From assembly GCA_033763555.1 (NCBI GenBank), contig JANRKK010000021.1, positions 4,278 through 68,277 of the forward strand: a stretch of 64,000 bases of DNA, in the 5' to 3' direction. The first letter of the stretch is position 1; the number at the start of each line of letters is the position of its first letter. Origin of the DNA: Alphaproteobacteria bacterium. Its GTDB lineage: Bacteria > Pseudomonadota > Alphaproteobacteria > UBA9219. A program made the position numbers and the translations under genes. The notes under the pieces were generated by a model. That model had not been told where the DNA came from. It ran no database searches and saw only the letters and a list, made by a program, of their open reading frames with translations. Below are positions 57,770 to 64,000 of this stretch, one piece after another.

Positions 57770-59016
57770 TGATCTTTTCCCCTTTCGAGCGCATGGTTTC
57801 AATGCGGTATCTGCGGGCGCGGCGGCAGGAGGGCTTTATCTCCGTCATCGGCTGGTTTTCGCTGATCGGCATTGCGCTGGGTGTTGCGACCCTCATCGTC
57901 GTTATGTCGGTGATGAACGGTTTCCGACAGGAATTGTTCCAGCGCGTGCTGGGCCTCAACGGCCATCTGAACATCTATGCCATGCAGGGCCAGCTTTATG
58001 ATTACCAGCCGATGATGGAACGCATCCGGCAGGTGGCGGGCGTCACCGATATTTCGCCAACGGTTGAGGCGCAGGCCTTGGTGACGAAGGATGGCATGGC
58101 GTCTGGCGTCTATGTGCGCGGCGTATTACCGGAATCCATCCGCAACCGTCCGACCATCGCCAAACATATCATCGCCGGGTCGCTGGACGATCTCAGCGAA
58201 AACAATATCGCCATCGGCATTCGCATGTCGCAAAGGCTGGATGTCGGATTGGGTGACAATCTGACGCTGATTTCCCCTGTCAGCCAGACGACCGTGTTCG
58301 GTTCCGCCCCGCGCCTGCGCGGTTACAGGATTGCGGCGATTTTTGATGTCGGCATGTTTGAATATGACAATAATTTCGTCTTTATGCCTCTGCCTGCGGC
58401 GCAGGTGTTTTTCCGTACGGGCCCGGGGGTTTCAGCGCTGGAAATCTTCGTCAACGACCCGCAAAGCCTCGGCCGGGTGCGCGGCGATATTGTCGCTGCC
58501 ATCGATGCGCCGGGCTTCCGCATGCTGGATTGGAAGCAGAATAATTCCAGCTTCGTCACCGCGCTGGAGGTCGAGCGCAACGTCATGTTCCTGATTTTGA
58601 CGATGATCATCCTGGTCGCTGCATTCAACATTATCTCCAGCCTCATCATGCTGGTGAAGGATAAGGGACGCGACATTGCCATCCTGCGCACCATGGGCGC
58701 GACGCGCGGCATGATCATGCGGATTTTCTTTTTGAACGGCGCAAGTATCGGCATCGTCGGTACGCTGGCCGGGTTGCTGCTGGGCCTGTTCATCGCCGGG
58801 CATATCGAAGGCCTGCGCAAGATCGTGCAGGCCATCACGCAGACCGACCCGTTTTCGCCGGAGGTTTATTTCCTGACGCGCATGCCGTCGGTGGTCGATC
58901 CCGGCGAAGTGGTGCAAGTTGTTCTGATGGCGCTCGGCCTTTCCTTCCTTGCCACCATCTACCCGTCCTGGCGCGCAGCGAAGCTCGATCCGGTTGAGGC
59001 ACTGCGCTATGAGTGA
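57769..59016 (+). CDS. lolE: Lipoprotein-releasing system permease LolC/LolE
   Basis: 415 aa; MacB-like FtsX permease (…FNIISSLIMLVKDKGRDIAILRTMGA…) immediately upstream of lolD. Confidence 0.8.
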   Translation: MIFSPFERMVSMRYLRARRQEGFISVIGWFSLIGIALGVATLIVVMSVMNGFRQELFQRVLGLNGHLNIYAMQGQLYDYQPMMERIRQVAGVTDISPTVEAQALVTKDGMASGVYVRGVLPESIRNRPTIAKHIIAGSLDDLSENNIAIGIRMSQRLDVGLGDNLTLISPVSQTTVFGSAPRLRGYRIAAIFDVGMFEYDNNFVFMPLPAAQVFFRTGPGVSALEIFVNDPQSLGRVRGDIVAAIDAPGFRMLDWKQNNSSFVTALEVERNVMFLILTMIILVAAFNIISSLIMLVKDKGRDIAILRTMGATRGMIMRIFFLNGASIGIVGTLAGLLLGLFIAGHIEGLRKIVQAITQTDPFSPEVYFLTRMPSVVDPGEVVQVVLMALGLSFLATIYPSWRAAKLDPVEALRYE

Positions 59017-59689
59017 TGTGGTGCTTGAGCTGCGCGATGTGAAGCGCACTTTCGTGCAGGCTGCCGCGCCGCTGGAAATCCTGCGCGGCTGTTCGCTGAA
59101 GCTCCGTGCAGGCGAGCAGGTGGCGCTGATCGGCCCCTCCGGTTCCGGCAAATCAACGCTTCTGCATGCGGCCGGACTACTGGAACGTCCTGACAGCGGA
59201 ACGATCATGGTGGGCACACAGGAAGCCAGCCGTCTCGATGATGCTGGACGCACCGAACTGCGACGCAAGAGCATCGGCTTTGTTTATCAGTTTCATCATC
59301 TGCTGCCGGAATTTTCGGCGCTGGAAAATATCATGCTGCCGCAAATGATTGCGGGCGTGCCACGCGAGGCCGCACAGAGCCGCAGTGCCCAACTTCTTGA
59401 GTTGGTCGGCCTGACACAGCGCGCCGATCACCGACCTGCGCGTCTTTCGGGCGGGGAGCAGCAGCGTGTGGCGCTGGCGCGCGCCTTGGCCAATGCGCCG
59501 AAAATCCTGATCGCGGATGAGCCCACCGGGAATCTTGACCCACATACGGCCGCACATGTGTTCGGCGTTTTGCAAAATCTGGTGCAAACGCAGAATCTTG
59601 CGCTTTTGATGGCGACACATAACCACGACCTTGCGCGCGGCATGCAGCGTGTTGTGGAAATCAGGGATGGGATTGTCGAGGCGGCTTAG
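59009..59689 (+). CDS. lolD: Lipoprotein-releasing system ATPase LolD
   Basis: Walker A GPSGSGKSTLL, signature LSGGEQQRVALARAL, Walker B ILIADEPTGNLD. Start ATG overlaps the lolE stop. Confidence 0.85.
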   Translation: MSDVVLELRDVKRTFVQAAAPLEILRGCSLKLRAGEQVALIGPSGSGKSTLLHAAGLLERPDSGTIMVGTQEASRLDDAGRTELRRKSIGFVYQFHHLLPEFSALENIMLPQMIAGVPREAAQSRSAQLLELVGLTQRADHRPARLSGGEQQRVALARALANAPKILIADEPTGNLDPHTAAHVFGVLQNLVQTQNLALLMATHNHDLARGMQRVVEIRDGIVEAA

Positions 59690-59704
59690 CCGTTTCCTCT
59701 AAAG

Positions 59705-60112
59705 TCAGCCGTTAGTGGGTTGGTTGGGCTTTAAACCCAAATCAATTCCCAACCCTCTAAACGCAGCATCTGCCTCGGCCACAAATTCTCTTATGCCTTG
59801 CTCACTGGATAGATCCGGCATCTTAACAGTCTGTATTCCCGCCGAGGCAAGAATATCAAGGGCAGCCCGGTGTGGGATTAACATCTGAAATTCTCCGTCA
59901 CCTTTTGTCCTTAGCTCCGACTGGATAGGGGGTTCTTTCCCATCTTCCACATCATGACTGCAAGGTGGCGTGCCCCTCATGAAAGAAGATGGCACTATCG
60001 ATCTGATTTCATCCGCCTGTGTCGTATAAGGGCGCACTGTGTAAGTAGCATGACCTGCTGATCTGTCCCATTTAACGACATGGAATGTCACAAAAATTGG
60101 CTTTTCACTCAT
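59705..60112 (-). CDS. Hypothetical protein (AT-rich)
   Basis: 135-aa ORF, AT-rich, no motif. Confidence 0.3.
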   Translation of the reverse strand: MSEKPIFVTFHVVKWDRSAGHATYTVRPYTTQADEIRSIVPSSFMRGTPPCSHDVEDGKEPPIQSELRTKGDGEFQMLIPHRAALDILASAGIQTVKMPDLSSEQGIREFVAEADAAFRGLGIDLGLKPNQPTNG

Positions 60113-60224
60113 TATAATTCCCTTTCAAGATTCAAAATGTAGAGATGCGTATAGCATGAATTTTTGCCTGCAAATAAGGAATTTTCTCGAATGAAAACAA
60201 AAACAAAGATCGAGTTGGTTAATT

Positions 60225-61229
60225 TTACAAGGCTTCTTTCGCGTGTGTCTCGCGGTAGATCACAAACAATCCGCATGCGGCGACAATGACGGCGCCGACA
60301 ATCAGATAAATATCCGGCACCCGGCCCCACAGCATATAGCCTGCCAGGGCACCCCAGATAATCTGTGTGTATTGGAAGGGCGCGACCAGTGCGACGGGCG
60401 CACGTTGATAGGCCGTCATCAGGCATATGGTGGCCGTGCCGCCGAGAAAGCCGGAAAGCGCCAGATGGGCGATGTCGTCGGGGCTCAGCGCGGGCCCGCC
60501 CTGGACAAAAAGTATCGCGCCGCCGATGGAAATGGCCGCCAGATGCCCGTACAGCGAGAAGGATACGTTGGATTCGCCCAGCCGCATACGGCGGACAATG
60601 ATGACCGACAGCGCATAACAGAAAACGCTGATGAAAGCGGCGATGCGCCCTGCCGTAACGTCAATGGTCGGTGGAGCGTTCGGAAGATCGCCAAAAAAAT
60701 GCGTAACGATCAGAACGCCAAAAAAGCCGCCGCCTATGGCGATCCAGCGTTCGCGGTCGATCGCCTCTTTCAAAAAAATTGCTGAGAGCAAGGTGACGAT
60801 AAGGGGCCCTGTGAAAACGATGGCATAGAAATTCGCCAGTGGCAGGCGCGAATAGGCATAGATTGCCGAGAAGGCGGCGGCGACAGCAATCACGCCGCGG
60901 AAAGCATGATGAACAGGATGCGTGGTATGCAGACGATGCAGGCCGCCCGTAAGAAGCGCCCAGCCGAAAATCGGGATAAGGGCAAAGCATCCATTGACGA
61001 AAATAATTTGATGCGCGGGATGACCTTCGGCCATCAATTTGAAAACGACGTCCAGCGCCGTCATCAGGGCAAAAGCAATCGCACCCATTGCCATGCCGGG
61101 CACGGATTTATAGTCAGGCGGGGAGGAAGCCAGTGCCATGGTCACACCCAAGAAGACACCCGAATTGGTGAAAGGCTGGTTAACAGCAATCGAGCGAATC
61201 CGCGCGCCTGCCCGGTGGTCTGGATGCAC
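60225..61229 (-). CDS. DMT-superfamily (EamA-like) transporter
   Basis: ~10 TM helices with duplicated EamA-like halves. Confidence 0.65.
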   Translation of the reverse strand: MHPDHRAGARIRSIAVNQPFTNSGVFLGVTMALASSPPDYKSVPGMAMGAIAFALMTALDVVFKLMAEGHPAHQIIFVNGCFALIPIFGWALLTGGLHRLHTTHPVHHAFRGVIAVAAAFSAIYAYSRLPLANFYAIVFTGPLIVTLLSAIFLKEAIDRERWIAIGGGFFGVLIVTHFFGDLPNAPPTIDVTAGRIAAFISVFCYALSVIIVRRMRLGESNVSFSLYGHLAAISIGGAILFVQGGPALSPDDIAHLALSGFLGGTATICLMTAYQRAPVALVAPFQYTQIIWGALAGYMLWGRVPDIYLIVGAVIVAACGLFVIYRETHAKEAL

Positions 61230-61302
61230 CGCAAAAGGTTGCAGAAAAGGCGGCTGTCTGCGATAAGACGCCGGAACGAAGCCAGAAAAACCGGAGATTG
61301 CA

Positions 61303-61971
61303 GTGCTTGACGAAGTCGGCGTTTTTTACCGCGGCCTTGTGCTAGGCGTCATGATCGCGGCTCCTGTGGGGCCCATCGGCCTTTTATGCATGCGCCGCAC
61401 CCTGCAGAAGGGATTGCTGATCGGCTTCGCCACGGGTCTGGGCGCAGCTTTTGCCGATACCTTGTTCGGCGGCGTGGCGGCCTTTGGCGTTGCTGCCATT
61501 CTGGAATTCATGCAGCGCTACGATATGTTCTTACGTGTCATTGGTGGCGGCATTTTGCTTTTCACCGCCTGGCACACCTGGCATGACGCGCCGCGCCAGC
61601 CGAAAGATTCCGCACACCTTCCCGGCTTCCGCCCGCCGCCCAAGCCGGAAGGCGCCGGGTTGCTCAGCGCTTTTTATGCTTTGCTCAGCGGTTTCGTCAT
61701 CACCATGACGAATCCGGTGACCATTGTCGGCACGCTTGCGGTTGTCGCAACTTTCTCGCACCTGAAAACGAAGCTGGATGCAACAACCATCACCACAGGG
61801 ATTTTTGTCGGCTCAACCTTGTGGTGGGTTGCGTTGGCAGGTGGCGTCGCGCTGGTGCGCAACCGCTTTACCGAAAACCGTGTCATGATCATCAACCGCG
61901 TCACAGCCGTGGCGCTGGTGATCATCGCCGTCTGGGCGGTTGGCAGCGGCCTTATGGACTTTCTTGGGTAA
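61303..61971 (+). CDS. LysE/RhtB-family amino-acid exporter
   Basis: 222 aa, 6-TM, N-terminal …LGVMIAAPVGPIGLLCMRRTLQKG typical of LysE/RhtB. Confidence 0.65.
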   Translation: MLDEVGVFYRGLVLGVMIAAPVGPIGLLCMRRTLQKGLLIGFATGLGAAFADTLFGGVAAFGVAAILEFMQRYDMFLRVIGGGILLFTAWHTWHDAPRQPKDSAHLPGFRPPPKPEGAGLLSAFYALLSGFVITMTNPVTIVGTLAVVATFSHLKTKLDATTITTGIFVGSTLWWVALAGGVALVRNRFTENRVMIINRVTAVALVIIAVWAVGSGLMDFLG

Positions 61972-62005
61972 AGTCCACTCAACCTCTTTCTCTGGAAAAT
62001 AAAAA

Positions 62006-63823
62006 ATGAAACTTCGTAATATTGCTATTATTGCTCACGTCGACCATGGTAAGACCACACTTGTCGACGCCATGCTGCGCCAGTCGGGCGCCTTCCGCGA
62101 GAACCAGCAAGTGGCTGAGCGCGCCATGGACAGCAATGATCTGGAGCGCGAACGCGGCATCACCATTCTTGCTAAATGCACCTCCGTGTTGCGCGGCGAT
62201 CTGCGTATCAATATCGTCGATACACCAGGCCACGCCGATTTTGGCGGGGAGGTAGAGCGTATTTTGTCGATGGTCGATGGCGTCGTGCTGCTGGTCGATG
62301 CTGCTGAAGGGCCCTTGCCGCAGACGAAATTCGTCGTTTCCAAGGCGCTGGAACTCGGCTTGAGGCCTATTGTCGTTATCAATAAAGTGGACCGTCCTGA
62401 CGCCCGAGCGCATCAGGTGCATGACGAGGTGTTTGACTTGTTCGCCGCGCTCGATGCGACGGAAGAGCAGTTGGATTTTCCGACCCTATTCGCCTCGGGC
62501 CGCAACGGCTGGGCGGTTGAGAAAATGGGCGACGAGCCCGGCGATCTGTCGCCGCTGTTTGATCTGATCACGCGCCATGTGCCGCCGCCGACGGTGGATG
62601 AGGGCGCGCCTTTCGCGATGTTGGCCTGTATTCTGGAAGCTAACCCCTATCTTGGTCGGTTGCTGACGGGCCGCATTCAGGGCGGAACGGTACGTTCCAA
62701 CATGAATATCAAGGCGCTGAACCGCGACGGCCAATTGATCGAGCAGGGCCGCGTGACAAAAATTCTGGCTTTCCGTGGGTTGGATCGCGTGCCGGTCGAG
62801 GAAGCGGAAGCGGGCGACATCGTCGCGCTAGCGGGCCTCGGTAAAGCGACGGTTGCCGATACACTATGCGATGTGATGGTAACGGAACCCATTCTGGCGC
62901 GCCCAGTTGACCCGCCGACCATTGCCATGACGTTCTCGGTGAACGACTCGCCGCTGGCGGGCACGGAAGGCGACAAGGTAACAAGCCGTGTCATCCGTGA
63001 CCGTTTGATGCGCGAGATCGAAGGCAATGTCGCCATCCGTGTTTCGGAAACGCAGGGCAAGGATGCGTTTGAAGTTTCAGGCCGCGGTGAATTGCAGCTC
63101 GGCATCCTGATCGAAACCATGCGCCGTGAGGGTTATGAATTGTCCATCAGCCGTCCGCGCGTTCTGTTCCAGACGGATGAGAAGGGCCAGCGTCTTGAGC
63201 CCATCGAGGAAGTCGTCGTCGATGTGGATGAGCCTTATTCCGGTATCGTTGTCAGCAAACTCTCCGAACGCCGCGCGGAGCTGACTAATATGCGGCCTTC
63301 GGGCGGCGGCAAGGTACGCTTGACCTTCTTGGCACCCTCGCGCGGGTTGATCGGTTATTACAGCGAGTTCCTGAGCGACACGCGCGGCACCGGCCTGATG
63401 AACCGTTTGTTTCACGGCTATGCGCCACATAAGGGGCCCATTGCCGCACGGCGTACGGGCGTGCTGATTTCCAACGGTACGGGCGAAGCAGTCGCCTATG
63501 CCATGTGGAAGCTGGAAGATCGCGGACCGATGCTGATCCAGCCGGGCGTGAAGATTTATGAAGGCATGATCATCGGCGAACATTCCAAGAGCAACGATCT
63601 CGACGTCAATGTTCTGGAAGGCAAGAAACTGACCAACGTTCGCGCCACCGGCAAGGATGAAGCCGTGCGTCTGACGCCGCCGATCCAGATGACGCTGGAA
63701 AAGGCCATTGCGTACATCGGTGATGATGAGCTGGTGGAAGTGACCCCGAAATCCATCCGCCTGCGCAAACAATACCTTGATCCGAATATGCGGAAGAGAA
63801 TGGCGAAGCAGGCTGAGTCTTAA
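62006..63823 (+). CDS. typA: Translational GTPase TypA/BipA
   Basis: [21 protein letters not shown]…[14 protein letters not shown]…NKVDR G-motifs; 605 aa. Confidence 0.9.
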   Translation: MKLRNIAIIAHVDHGKTTLVDAMLRQSGAFRENQQVAERAMDSNDLERERGITILAKCTSVLRGDLRINIVDTPGHADFGGEVERILSMVDGVVLLVDAAEGPLPQTKFVVSKALELGLRPIVVINKVDRPDARAHQVHDEVFDLFAALDATEEQLDFPTLFASGRNGWAVEKMGDEPGDLSPLFDLITRHVPPPTVDEGAPFAMLACILEANPYLGRLLTGRIQGGTVRSNMNIKALNRDGQLIEQGRVTKILAFRGLDRVPVEEAEAGDIVALAGLGKATVADTLCDVMVTEPILARPVDPPTIAMTFSVNDSPLAGTEGDKVTSRVIRDRLMREIEGNVAIRVSETQGKDAFEVSGRGELQLGILIETMRREGYELSISRPRVLFQTDEKGQRLEPIEEVVVDVDEPYSGIVVSKLSERRAELTNMRPSGGGKVRLTFLAPSRGLIGYYSEFLSDTRGTGLMNRLFHGYAPHKGPIAARRTGVLISNGTGEAVAYAMWKLEDRGPMLIQPGVKIYEGMIIGEHSKSNDLDVNVLEGKKLTNVRATGKDEAVRLTPPIQMTLEKAIAYIGDDELVEVTPKSIRLRKQYLDPNMRKRMAKQAES

Positions 63824-63827
63824 AAAC

Positions 63828-63990
63828 AACGTCATTCCAGAAAACTTTCTCTTCGCGAATGGAATAAGCGAAAGAAAGTTTGTCTGGAACCCAGTCAGGT
63901 TATCGGCAAAGGATTTCTATCTGGTAGGGGAACTGGATCCCGGATAAATTTATTCGGCCTGCGGCCTCACAAATTTTCCGGGATGACGTT
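63828..63990. repeat. MITE/REP-like nested palindromic element, copy 2 (termini AACGTCATTCC … GGGATGACGTT)
   Basis: Same terminal inverted repeat as 8769-8876. Internal inverted pair CCAGAAAACTTTCT/AGAAAGTTTGTCTGG. Directly follows the typA stop. Confidence 0.45.
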
Positions 63991-64000
63991 TAGAGTTTCC

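Noticed and set aside
1-64000. CRISPR arrays, rRNA genes, IS elements/transposases, integrases
   Set aside because: No regularly spaced direct repeats, no rRNA-like segments, and no transposase or recombinase-like ORFs were seen.

Overview
This 64-kb window looks like alphaproteobacterial chromosome (my guess is Rhodospirillales/Acetobacteraceae-like, moderate GC; I could not verify the taxon). Most of it is conserved housekeeping sequence. The identifiable loci are: an LPS-type glycosyltransferase pair; the cell-cycle hybrid kinase CckA; kdsD and pgk; ccmABC; xthA; a UDP-sugar epimerase; tldD; a Tad/Flp pilus locus (flp-cpaABCDEF-tadB); two methyltransferases; a BI-1 family protein; cspA; the hemC-X-hemD-hemX-hemY operon; a DUF2336-like protein; an XRE-regulator operon; mrdA-mreD-mreC; an LPS heptosyltransferase; thrB; rnhA; a peroxiredoxin; proS-lolE-lolD; a DMT transporter; a LysE transporter; and typA. 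The accessory or unusual content I can support from the sequence is listed below.
(1) A ~7.7-kb AT-rich stress-gene island sits between a perfect 45-bp direct repeat that reproduces the 3' end of tRNA-Thr(GGU). It carries CsbD, BON, CBS, glycine-zipper, OmpA, fasciclin, DUF3309, an orphan OmpR-type response regulator and a Crp/Fnr regulator, and has no integrase.
(2) An orphan type IV coupling-protein-like ATPase is co-oriented with two LPS-type glycosyltransferases. A perfect CtrA-box (TTAA-N7-TTAA) lies in the region it shares divergently with cckA.
(3) An AT-rich membrane-protein gene is inserted between hemC and hemD.
(4) mrdA (PBP2) is cut short by an in-frame TAA about 66 codons before its expected end.
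(5) The Crp/Fnr gene is frameshifted at a T8 homopolymer.
(6) Two members of a nested-palindrome MITE/REP-like element with GTCATTCC...GGAATGAC termini follow kdsD and typA.
(7) A beta-carbonic-anhydrase-like protein with long N- and C-terminal extensions.
I found no CRISPR arrays, rRNA genes or IS transposases. All calls come from reading the sequence and ORF translations; no database searches were run.
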